Part shown: one piece after another, positions 48,317 to 56,480 of the stretch | Position numbering within the stretch: position 1 is the stretch's first letter | Layout of the letters: the number at the start of each line of letters is the position of its first letter | From: a virus | Lineage: Duplodnaviria; Caudoviricetes | Reading direction: 5' to 3' (one strand) | DNA: 64,000 bases | IMG/VR virus record: IMGVR_UViG_3300010311_001094 | Coordinates: 1 to 64,000 of that record | Made by a program: the position numbers and the translations under genes | The notes under the pieces: model-generated | What the model saw: the letters and a program-made list of their open reading frames with translations, nothing else | Databases searched by the model: none | Told to the model about the DNA's origin: nothing

Positions 48317-48520
48317 TTATTCGTCGTTGTACTTCTCGTGGATGATGCCGAGGATCTTGTCCTGTTCCTCGATGCTGATGCCCATGCTTTCGAGTGCCTC
48401 CCTCGTGCCGCAGTCCGGGCAGATGATCGTGTCGTTGTCGTAGCGGGATAGGGCAGGGCGCTCGGTGTAGGTGCGTCCGCATTTCGGACATGTACGCTTT
48501 TCAAAAACTTGTTCTTTCAT
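48317..48520 (-). CDS. Small zinc-finger protein
   Basis: CPKCGRTYTERPALSRYDNDTIICPDCGTREAL. Confidence 0.75.
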   Translation of the reverse strand: MKEQVFEKRTCPKCGRTYTERPALSRYDNDTIICPDCGTREALESMGISIEEQDKILGIIHEKYNDE

Positions 48521-48522
48521 TT

Positions 48523-48984
48523 TCAGTCCTCCTTTGTGCTTCTCATGTATGCCCTGTCAAGGTACTTCAAATCAAATCCGAAGTTGCGGTAGCCTTCCTC
48601 GCAGGTGCGGATGTAGGTCATTGACGGGATCGCAATCTCACGCTCCTCGTGCATGATGTAGACAAATGCCGTGACCTTTTTGGTCTTGCCGTTTGCCAGC
48701 CTGATTGGCAGGCGGACTTCCTTCTTGTAGTAGAAGTTCGGGTAGCCCTCGTAGATGTCGAGGTGCTTCTCATCGTCGGCTGTCACTTCCCACACGGCGA
48801 CCGGAACAAGCCCGCCGTCCTTCGGCTCGATGGTGAGGTACGCTCCCGTCTTGCTGCCCTTGAAGAGCAGTTCGTAGTCAGGAATCGCGGAAATGCCGAT
48901 GGGCTTTGCGCCTGGGCAGCGGAATCGCATCTGGCGGATGTTGAGGTTGCTGCCGTAGGCTATGTAGTATTTTTTCTTGTTCAT
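48523..48984 (-). CDS. Gamma-glutamylcyclotransferase (AIG2-like)
   Basis: YIAYGSNLN..QMRFRCPGA..LDIYEGYPNFY. Confidence 0.88.
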   Translation of the reverse strand: MNKKKYYIAYGSNLNIRQMRFRCPGAKPIGISAIPDYELLFKGSKTGAYLTIEPKDGGLVPVAVWEVTADDEKHLDIYEGYPNFYYKKEVRLPIRLANGKTKKVTAFVYIMHEEREIAIPSMTYIRTCEEGYRNFGFDLKYLDRAYMRSTKED

Positions 48985-49115
48985 GCTATGTTCTCCTTTG
49001 CGTTTTTTCCTTGCGGTAGTGCTATGTTAACTCATTTCGGCGGCATTATCAAGCGAGTAAATGAACAGATCATCGAGGGCGATTCTGTGCCGTATGTTGT
49101 GCATTTTATGCCTTG
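48985..49115 (-). promoter_or_regulatory. Regulatory cassette copy E
   Basis: TTGATA-N17-TAACAT; upstream (plus strand) TAAATGAACAGAT-N26-TTGTGCAT. Confidence 0.7.
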
Positions 49116-49317
49116 CCTACATTTGCGTTGTGTGGCGCGGTTGACTGAGATGGGATACCGATTCGGAGGATACCCTTTCCGCCCCACACGGGGGTGCGGG
49201 TTGCCAGTGGCAACCTCTGCGAAGCAGAAGCACCGACCGAGGCGAGAGCCGAGACCGTGGCGGCTGTGTGCGCCGCCGTGCCGTTCCGCTTGTTCTTCCG
49301 CCCCGAAGGGCAGGCCT

Positions 49318-50262
49318 TTAAGATCTGCCGAAGCGGAAGCTGTTGTCGCCCGTAAGATTCTCAGTGAGGACCTCTCTCGCCGTTGCGAATTCATCCCCGA
49401 TGAATCCCATTCTCATCAGCCAAGTCCGCATGGCGAACTTTTTGTTTTCCTTCTGCTGTTCCTTGGGGCTGGCGCTCCGCAGGTCCTTTGCCATCTGGCT
49501 CATTGCGAGGCAGAGCTGAATGTAGCTCTTGAGCTTGCCTGCGTGGAGCCCGTTCTGCTTGCCGTTGGAAGGCGGTGCGAACTGGAAAAGTCTGAACTCG
49601 ACCGTGCCTTTGGTGAAGGTAGCGTGGAGGTTGAGCATGTGATAGCGGCTGTCGTTGTAGTGGTGGGTTCTGCCGTATTCGCAGCCCTGTGCGCCGTACC
49701 AGATGTCCGCAAGCTGTGCCATCGTGGTGGGCTTTTTGCGGTTGAGCTGTTCAAGGAATCTCGGGTCAACTGTTCTGCAGTAGCGGCGCATTCTGCTCTG
49801 GTCTACTCTGATTGCCTCGGCGATCAGGGTTTCGTGGCTTGCCATCAGGTTTGCGAGGTTTCTCAAGGTCTGCGGTGTGTGTCCCTGGGCTCCAATGTGG
49901 CAGTGGACTCCACATCCCCGCGTGTAATCACTGCGCGCTCCTGCCTTCCTGAGCTTTCTCACAAGCTCCTGCAGGGTTTCGATGTCTGCGTAGTGCAGGA
50001 TCGGTGTGACCAGTTCGCACTTTTCGCTGTCGGGGCCTGCGATGCTGACGTCCTTCTGGAATTTCCACTCGCGTCCCTGTGCATCCCATGCGCTGTAGGT
50101 TTCGTAGCCGTTGCGGTGTGCGGTGTACTCGGTGCGGCCGGTGCCGAAGAAGTCGGCGGCGAGCTTTGCGGCAGCCTTGCGGGTGATGTTGTTCATCTCG
50201 ATCTCCACCCCTATCGACTGCTCCTTCGTTCTGCTCTGCTGCTGTGCGGTCTTCTCAGTCAT
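49318..50262 (-). CDS. Putative amidoligase (Amidoligase_2, COOH-NH2 ligase fold)
   Basis: IGVEIEM, DVSI, CELVTP, CGVHCHIG, RYHMLN, TVEFRLF. Confidence 0.88.
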   Translation of the reverse strand: MTEKTAQQQSRTKEQSIGVEIEMNNITRKAAAKLAADFFGTGRTEYTAHRNGYETYSAWDAQGREWKFQKDVSIAGPDSEKCELVTPILHYADIETLQELVRKLRKAGARSDYTRGCGVHCHIGAQGHTPQTLRNLANLMASHETLIAEAIRVDQSRMRRYCRTVDPRFLEQLNRKKPTTMAQLADIWYGAQGCEYGRTHHYNDSRYHMLNLHATFTKGTVEFRLFQFAPPSNGKQNGLHAGKLKSYIQLCLAMSQMAKDLRSASPKEQQKENKKFAMRTWLMRMGFIGDEFATAREVLTENLTGDNSFRFGRS

Positions 50263-50407
50263 TTTTGTATCCTCCGATTCGGTTTTTCGGTGGGCGTTTG
50301 CCCTTCCGTTGTGTCACATGTTACCGTCTTTCGGAGGATATAGCAAGCCGCTAAAACCACAGAATATCGAGGAAAATACATTGCGCATATCTGGTGTATG
50401 TGTACAC
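50263..50407 (-). promoter_or_regulatory. Regulatory cassette copy F
   Basis: TTGCTA-N17-TAACAT; 29 bp (50286-50314) identical to copy B (46372-46400). Confidence 0.8.
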
Positions 50408-50459
50408 TTGATATCCTTGAAATTCTATGGTATACTCGGATACAATGGAATAGGCTCTT

Positions 50460-50708
50460 CTATTTTCCGGGGCCCCCATTGCGGTCAGAAATGACCTGGA
50501 AATCATCCACGCCTTCTATAAGGGAGAGCGTTCTGCCGTTCTGCCAGACCATGTGTATGTTGCCGCCGTCATCGACCATCTGAACCTCGCCGATTGTTCC
50601 GGGCGGCACTGGTGCGTAGGGATCGTCCATGTGCTTCAGTCGGATAAGGGTGCCTTCGGGATAACGCTCCCGCAAGGCTCTGAGCTGTCGTTCATTCGGA
50701 AACTGCAT
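50460..50708 (-). CDS. DUF4314-like protein
   Basis: LRERYPEGTLIRLKHMDDPYAPVPPGTIGEV..VDDGGNIHMVW. Confidence 0.8.
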   Translation of the reverse strand: MQFPNERQLRALRERYPEGTLIRLKHMDDPYAPVPPGTIGEVQMVDDGGNIHMVWQNGRTLSLIEGVDDFQVISDRNGGPGK

Positions 50709-51600
50709 TGTTCTCTTCCTCCTCGTTCTGTTCTTCTTTGGCAACATCACGCTTTGCCTTCTGCTTTGCCTCCCAGCGTTCACGCTCCTCATCGTTGCGG
50801 AATGCGGTGTGTCCGGAAAGCGGAGCCATGAGGCGCTTGCGGTCAACCTTGAAGTCAGCACCGTTCAGCCCAAGGCGGATCAGCCAGATGCGGAGTGCGT
50901 ACTTTTCGTTGCTGTCATCGACATCCTTTGCTTGCACACGTTTCTGCGTGATCGCCATCTTGTTCATAGCTGCGGCGAGCTTGGTGAAGGTCTTCACCGT
51001 CTCGGCATCCTGTGCTGCACCGAAGCCGTCAAAGATCAGTTTGTCATCGGCGAAACGGATGCCCTTCAGTTCGGGATTCGTTTCCTCCCATACTCTGATG
51101 TAGGCGATAAGCTCGTGGATGCTGCGGAAGGTCTTGTCATCGAGGATCGCATCGGCGAGGCTCTTGTCTGCGAAGAACTGTCCGCCGGTCGCCTTGCTGA
51201 GAAGTGCGCCGCGGGAGTGGATCATGCAGATAAGGTTTGTAAGGCTCTGCACCGTGTGCTCTGCAATCGGGAAGCTGATGCTTGCGAGCAGCGGAAATCC
51301 GCTGCTCGGTTCGTCAGGGATATCCGGCTCTGATTCAGCCGAAGCATCCGTTTCTTCCGGCGGTGCTACTGTTTTGCTTTCATATCCTGCCTCTGCAAGC
51401 CCATTCAGTACCTTCTCTACGATATCTGTGTCGATGCGGTCGCTGAAACTGAGGACTGCGTTTTTGTCCAGGGTGAAGAAGTCGATCTGGTATCTGCAGC
51501 CCGGTACACCGAGGTACTTGACCTCTGCTCCTGTCAGCTCGCCGATTTTCTGTGCCAGTGCCTTGCGCTGGCTCTTTTCAATATTGAACTTGATTTCCAT
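50692..51600 (-). CDS. Conserved phage/ICE protein (often labelled virulence-related)
   Basis: RKALAQKIGELTG..YLGVP; NEKYALRIWLIRLGLNG..RKRLMAPLSGHTAFR. Confidence 0.75.
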   Translation of the reverse strand: MEIKFNIEKSQRKALAQKIGELTGAEVKYLGVPGCRYQIDFFTLDKNAVLSFSDRIDTDIVEKVLNGLAEAGYESKTVAPPEETDASAESEPDIPDEPSSGFPLLASISFPIAEHTVQSLTNLICMIHSRGALLSKATGGQFFADKSLADAILDDKTFRSIHELIAYIRVWEETNPELKGIRFADDKLIFDGFGAAQDAETVKTFTKLAAAMNKMAITQKRVQAKDVDDSNEKYALRIWLIRLGLNGADFKVDRKRLMAPLSGHTAFRNDEERERWEAKQKAKRDVAKEEQNEEEENNAVSE

Positions 51601-51757
51601 ATGATTACCTCCGTTTTTACTGCCGCCCCTCAGCCTTGTGCGTTGGGCTGCGGCGTTTTCGTAGTCACATATTACCGTCTTTTGCCCCGGAATGCAAGAC
51701 TGTAAAACGGAGAATGTACGGGGCGTGTCTGCCCTTTAGATTGTGCATAGTACAGAA
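51601..51757 (-). promoter_or_regulatory. Regulatory cassette copy G
   Basis: TTGCAT-N17-TAATAT; upstream (plus strand) TAAAACGGAGAA-N26-TTGTGCAT. Confidence 0.7.
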
Positions 51758-51832
51758 TAGAAAGAAGCCCTGCGGCAGAACATCTGATTTAGTATCAGAA
51801 TGTTCACAATTTGCTGCATGGCTTCTTTATTA

Positions 51833-52171
51833 CTATTTCTTTTTCGGTGCGAAAACCCTGACCGGAACGTGCTGTTCCCGGCAATGGTCTATCACATATT
51901 TCGTGCCGCGTGACTGTCCGTCCCAGAATGCCAGCACCACATCTGCATAGGCGATAATCTCCAGATTCCGTTTCAGCGGGGCGCTTCGTCCGAAGCGTTC
52001 ATAATCCGGCAGAAATTCCTTCAGCGGAATGCCGTGTGCCTTTGCGTATGCCCGTGCATCAGAATCAATACCCCTCGCTCCTCCGCTGACGATCTCTGTG
52101 ATACCCTCCGGCAGATACCGTTCAAGGTCATTCACATGAAGTCCTCGTGAGCCAATAATTGCTATTTTCAT
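51833..52171 (-). CDS. SLOG/YspA-family protein
   Basis: IAIIGSR, IVSGGARGID, APLKRN, AFWDGQSRGT. Confidence 0.85.
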   Translation of the reverse strand: MKIAIIGSRGLHVNDLERYLPEGITEIVSGGARGIDSDARAYAKAHGIPLKEFLPDYERFGRSAPLKRNLEIIAYADVVLAFWDGQSRGTKYVIDHCREQHVPVRVFAPKKK

Positions 52172-52284
52172 ATCGTGCAACTCCTTGTAGATATATTTTA
52201 GATACAATTTATATCCATTTCAAACATTATACCACAGAATAGGTCTAAAATAAAGTCATAATATATCTGAAAGGAATTCGTTTT

Positions 52285-52488
52285 ATGGCTATCAAAAGTG
52301 TATCCATCCGCATTGAACAGGAGATGCTTGATAAACTTCACGTTGTTGCTGACTACGAAGGTCGTTCTGCCAACAGTCAGGTTTTGATCCTGATCCGTGA
52401 TTGCATTGAAAAATATGAGGAAAAGCACGGAAAGATCGAGCTTGGCGGAGACAAGAAATCCGAAATAAGTGTATCTCATCGGCACTGA
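52285..52488 (+). CDS. Arc-family ribbon-helix-helix regulator
   Basis: SVSIRIEQEMLDKLHVVADYEGRSANSQVLILI. Confidence 0.85.
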   Translation: MAIKSVSIRIEQEMLDKLHVVADYEGRSANSQVLILIRDCIEKYEEKHGKIELGGDKKSEISVSHRH

Positions 52489-52541
52489 ACCGACGCAGGT
52501 TCGTCTTTTTCCGATGCTTTCAAAACGGGCGCGTTATGCGT

Positions 52542-54710
52542 TCACTTTTGTGTATCTCTCTGCGCCACCCAAGCGATACCCGAAAGCACGAAGTATGGAA
52601 TCGGCAGTGAGATCCCGTTGCCCCACAGCTTGTACTCTGCGGAATCCGTGTAGGGATCAGCAAGCCATTTCCTGATTTGCTTTTCAGTTTTCGGTTTTCC
52701 CTTGGGGTTTGTGACCCGCCGCCATGTCTCCCAGACCTCCGTCCAGAAGGTGATCTTCTCATCGGTCGGATCGGGAATCGCAAGGTCGGCACACCACCAG
52801 TCGGGGAATCCCTGCAATCTGGCGCACTCCACCGGAGTCAGACGACGAACGATATATACCGGCTCGTCATTCGGAAGGTCGTTCACAAGCGGAGGATCCT
52901 TCCAGTCGGATGCGACCAGCGTGTTTGCCTGTTCATGTGCGGCGACTGTGTGGTGAGAATTCTTGCTTGTGCTGTAGTGATCGGCATCCGGTGCTGCGAC
53001 AGCATGCCTGTCTGTTGTGTTCAGCGTAAAGCACACATCTTCATTGATACCATCACCCTGCGGTCCGTTCTGATCGGCGCGACCGATCATCGAGCCTTGC
53101 AGTGCATAGGTCTCCTTCTCGGCTACCACAACAGCCTGCTGATTGTCTCCGGCATTTGCACGGAGCGTGCCGCTTTTGCCGTCACTGTATACATGACCGC
53201 CGATACGGGATGCCGCCCCCGGTTCGAGAGCCACCACCGCAACTCCTCCGTGATTGCTGTCCGGGTTCGCCTCGCTCGTATCAAGGCATCGGGAAATGTC
53301 TGTCGGGTAACAATGCCCACGAGCATTTTTCGTGCCGTCCGATGTGAAACGCACATCGAAGGTCTCCGGTGCAGGTGCTACCACGCAGATGCCGCCCTGA
53401 TTCGATGTCACAGAATTTCCACCACTTCGGTCGAGCGTTCTGCTTGTGGTCGCCTCATAGAATCCGCTGTGCGGATTGTCGGACATCATCGCATTGGAAT
53501 GCTTGCTGCATACACCGAAGGCTTTGATCTCTGGCTGAAAGAGTGTCTGGTCGTTGTTGGTAGCAAGCGTAGCAGATTTATCAGTTTGCCAGAGAGCGCC
53601 CTTGCCGCCGCCTTCGCAGCCTGACCTGATTTTCAGCGTGATCGGTTCAGCGACAAGCGGTACATTGTTGCCGCCCGTCCCGGCTCTGCTGCAAAGTGTC
53701 TGGCAGGTGTCGTCCTCACGGATCTTCACCCGACCGTCCGTCGGATGGTTTTCGACCGAGAGTGCGGCGGGAACAACTCCTGCCCTCAGTGTCGGGGAGA
53801 CTTCCTCCTCGTATCCGATGCTGCGTGCTTTGGCACTGTGTTCTGTGGAGAATCCCGCCGCATGAAGTACCGCCGGATGGTTGCCGTGATCCTGTGCGAC
53901 CAGTGCGAGAGCCTTGTTCTCGGTGATGCCGACGCCGCTGTTGCCCTGTGTATTCAGGCAGAGGGTTCCACCTCCAGCGTCAGACCGCCCGCCTGTCTCT
54001 CCAGTGCCTTCTTCAGCACCTCCGGCAGCTCCTTGCCACGCACGGAAGCCCTGCGGAGTATACCCAGACACGCCTTCGGACTTAAATAGTATTTCTCCGG
54101 CACTTCCGCCAGCAAAATCTGCGACAAGGTAGATTCTTGCTCTGCGTTGGGGGACACCCCAGTATTGAGCATCGAAAACTCGGTAAGCCACGCTCCATCC
54201 GTCTCCCAGATACACGTCTGATTTTGCCCATCTGTGATTTTCAGGCGCAGGCACCTCGATCCCTTTTTCTTTAACTCCGATAACTGCTTCGAGGACAGCC
54301 TTGAAGTCGTTTCCTCCGTTGGATGAGAAAGCGCCGGGGACATTTTCCCAGACGCAGTATCGCGGATATCGTCCATTTGTTGCATCCCTCATTTCTTTGA
54401 TGATGCGGATCGCCTGAAAGAACAGGTTCGACCGATCACCGTCATGGATTCCGGCACGCTTGCCCGCAATAGACAGGTCCTGACAAGGACTGCCTAAGGT
54501 GATGATATCCACCGGCGGAAGCTCTGCGCCGTTTAGCGTAGATACATCACCGTAGTGCTGCACCTGCGGCAGCCGCTTGTGCGTGACAAGCACCGGAAAA
54601 GGTTCAATTTCGCTGCTCCACCTTGGCTCGATCCCTGCGAGGATGCCACCAAGCGGAAAGCCCCCGGAGCCGTCAAACAGGCTGCCGAGGGTCAAGTGTT
54701 TCTTATCCAT
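52542..54710 (-). CDS. DNA (cytosine-5) methyltransferase with long variable region
   Basis: SLFDGSGGF, GSPCQDLS, WENVPG, PQRRARI, RRLTPVECARLQGFPD, LWGNG. Confidence 0.92.
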   Translation of the reverse strand: MDKKHLTLGSLFDGSGGFPLGGILAGIEPRWSSEIEPFPVLVTHKRLPQVQHYGDVSTLNGAELPPVDIITLGSPCQDLSIAGKRAGIHDGDRSNLFFQAIRIIKEMRDATNGRYPRYCVWENVPGAFSSNGGNDFKAVLEAVIGVKEKGIEVPAPENHRWAKSDVYLGDGWSVAYRVFDAQYWGVPQRRARIYLVADFAGGSAGEILFKSEGVSGYTPQGFRAWQGAAGGAEEGTGETGGRSDAGGGTLCLNTQGNSGVGITENKALALVAQDHGNHPAVLHAAGFSTEHSAKARSIGYEEEVSPTLRAGVVPAALSVENHPTDGRVKIREDDTCQTLCSRAGTGGNNVPLVAEPITLKIRSGCEGGGKGALWQTDKSATLATNNDQTLFQPEIKAFGVCSKHSNAMMSDNPHSGFYEATTSRTLDRSGGNSVTSNQGGICVVAPAPETFDVRFTSDGTKNARGHCYPTDISRCLDTSEANPDSNHGGVAVVALEPGAASRIGGHVYSDGKSGTLRANAGDNQQAVVVAEKETYALQGSMIGRADQNGPQGDGINEDVCFTLNTTDRHAVAAPDADHYSTSKNSHHTVAAHEQANTLVASDWKDPPLVNDLPNDEPVYIVRRLTPVECARLQGFPDWWCADLAIPDPTDEKITFWTEVWETWRRVTNPKGKPKTEKQIRKWLADPYTDSAEYKLWGNGISLPIPYFVLSGIAWVAQRDTQK
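53954..54376 (-). CDS. Nested out-of-frame gene resembling the M.EcoHK31I beta polypeptide
   Basis: Alternative-frame ORF with GAGG RBS; ESTLSQIL..VPEKYYLSPKACLGILRRASVRGKELP. Confidence 0.7.
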   Translation of the reverse strand: MDDIRDTASGKMSPALSHPTEETTSRLSSKQLSELKKKGSRCLRLKITDGQNQTCIWETDGAWLTEFSMLNTGVSPNAEQESTLSQILLAEVPEKYYLSPKACLGILRRASVRGKELPEVLKKALERQAGGLTLEVEPSA

Positions 54711-54918
54711 CATCCGCCTCCTTTGCGTTCCTGCACAGATTGAGGAAGTCCTCCCTGATCTGCTCTCTGTAAGCCATCGCCACCGCAGGAATCTCGTGTG
54801 TATACACCGGTCTGCCGATAAAGCCGGAAAGATAGTCATACAGATATTTCAGATCATCGCCCTTGAGCATAGAAATCTCTGTGTAAGCGGTCACGACCGC
54901 GCATTCATGCTTCGTCAT
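54703..54918 (-). CDS. Small hypothetical protein
   Basis: MTKHECAVVTAYT..IGRPVYTHE; overlaps both neighbours. Confidence 0.7.
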   Translation of the reverse strand: MTKHECAVVTAYTEISMLKGDDLKYLYDYLSGFIGRPVYTHEIPAVAMAYREQIREDFLNLCRNAKEADDG

Positions 54919-55684
54919 CGGTATCCTCCCCAAGCATCAGTTCACAGGCTTTATTATAAAAATCCCGGCTGACTTCAAAGCCGTAGCTGTGTCTGCCAAG
55001 CTCCCTCGCCGCACGCAGCGTTGAGCCGGAACCGGCGCAGGGATCGATGACCACATCACCCTCGTCGGTAAATATCCCGATCAGACGTTTCAGTACGGAA
55101 ATCGGCTTCTGCGAAGGATGTATCTTCGGGATATCCTTGCCGTCCCGCATCCAGTCAAAATGGTCGAAGATCATGTGCCTCTTGCCGTATGCATCGGTAT
55201 TGCGGAACTTCGGCAGCTTTCCCCGATACAGCACCAGAGCATACTCCGTTGCGCCCACGATCCTCATGTTCGCCTTCAGCACCTGCGGACTGTAATTCTT
55301 CATAAAGCACAAAAACTGATACTTCTTGAAGCCGTATTTCTCCGCCTGCCGGATGACCTCGGGTATCTGCTGAAAGGCACAGAATACGATCATGCAGGGA
55401 GCATCCTTCTCACCTTTGGACGGCTCCTTTTTGAGCAGCCGGTTACAGAAGGCGAAGTATTCAGCGATGTTGAAGGTGTAATCCGTGTGGAATGCAGCCT
55501 TGTGCGCTTTGCTGCTTTCACCGTTCTGATTGTCACCGTTCACATACCAGTCGGGACGGGATGCGTAAAAGTCCCCGCCGATATTGTAGGGAATGTCTGC
55601 GATGACGAGTTGTGCTTTCGGAATGCAGTAGGATTTGAAGTTCTGGAAATTATCGTGATACAGCTCACATTTCACATCAGCCAT
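54905..55684 (-). CDS. DNA methyltransferase (N6-A/N4-C, beta class)
   Basis: IADIPY, HPSQKP, VIDPCAGSGST. Confidence 0.88.
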   Translation of the reverse strand: MADVKCELYHDNFQNFKSYCIPKAQLVIADIPYNIGGDFYASRPDWYVNGDNQNGESSKAHKAAFHTDYTFNIAEYFAFCNRLLKKEPSKGEKDAPCMIVFCAFQQIPEVIRQAEKYGFKKYQFLCFMKNYSPQVLKANMRIVGATEYALVLYRGKLPKFRNTDAYGKRHMIFDHFDWMRDGKDIPKIHPSQKPISVLKRLIGIFTDEGDVVIDPCAGSGSTLRAARELGRHSYGFEVSRDFYNKACELMLGEDTDDEA

Positions 55685-56480
55685 CGACATCCTCCAGTCT
55701 CTTTTTCAGCGCCTTGCGGAATTCCTTGGTGCCGAGCTGATTTCCGTCCGTCTGCCATTCCAGTTCAAAATCAAAACGAGCCTCCAGTTTCCGGACTGAC
55801 CATCCGGGCTTGAAGGTGCGCCATGTTGCATCATCCCATGCTCTGAGCTGTTTCCAGAGATCAGGGAAATCGAAATACAGAATCCGCAGCTCGTTCAGCG
55901 GCTGCAGCGGACAGCACCAACAGGATACTCGTCCGAACTTCTCATACAGACCGCCCCAGTCGTAGCCGCGTTCCTTGCAGTATTGCAGGCAGTCGGCTTC
56001 GGTCATGCCCCACTCCACAAGCGGCAGCCGGACCTTCGGTCGGCTGTTGCACTTGTGCGTGATGCGCTCCGTCTCATCGGCGGCGATGCCGATGTACTCG
56101 ATCACCGTGTACTTCTTTCGCAGTTCGCTGAGGAATTTCTCACGGGGTACTGTTTTCAGAAGATTGGTACACCACCGCATCAGCGGTCCCGCCCAACTGT
56201 ATCCGGTCTTGCCGCGCAGTTCCGGCTTTTTCCGTTTGATTGGCTTATGGAGCATGAGATATTCAAAGGTATATTCGCTCTTGACAGTCGTAACCTTCAT
56301 GCCGGTATCCTGTTCGACTTTGTGTACATGGTCATACAGTGCCGGGAATTCTAATCCGGTATCGCAAAACAGCACCAGATCAACCTGCATTCCCATTTCT
56401 AACATCTTCAGGAGCATCGCAGTGCTGTCTTTCCCGCCGCTGAAGGAGACCACATGAAGCAGAGGTTTCAGTTCACCCAT
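55677..56480 (-). CDS. PAPS-reductase-family (PP-loop) protein
   Basis: SFSGGKDS, DTGLEFP, RWCT..K, RVSCWCCP. Confidence 0.85.
   Translation of the reverse strand: MGELKPLLHVVSFSGGKDSTAMLLKMLEMGMQVDLVLFCDTGLEFPALYDHVHKVEQDTGMKVTTVKSEYTFEYLMLHKPIKRKKPELRGKTGYSWAGPLMRWCTNLLKTVPREKFLSELRKKYTVIEYIGIAADETERITHKCNSRPKVRLPLVEWGMTEADCLQYCKERGYDWGGLYEKFGRVSCWCCPLQPLNELRILYFDFPDLWKQLRAWDDATWRTFKPGWSVRKLEARFDFELEWQTDGNQLGTKEFRKALKKRLEDVDG

Noticed and set aside
48649-50343. Long plus-strand ORFs (564 aa here; also 28918-30543, 22975-24171, 52677-53624)
   Set aside because: Antisense shadows of well-supported minus-strand genes in GC-rich sequence; no recognisable motifs.
45484-51757. CRISPR array or integron
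   Set aside because: Repeats are separated by whole genes, are degenerate and contain promoters; no cas genes or tyrosine integron integrase in the window.
55677-56480. Complete phosphorothioation (dnd/ssp) system or sulfate assimilation cysH
   Set aside because: Only the PAPS-reductase-like gene is present; no partner genes are visible.
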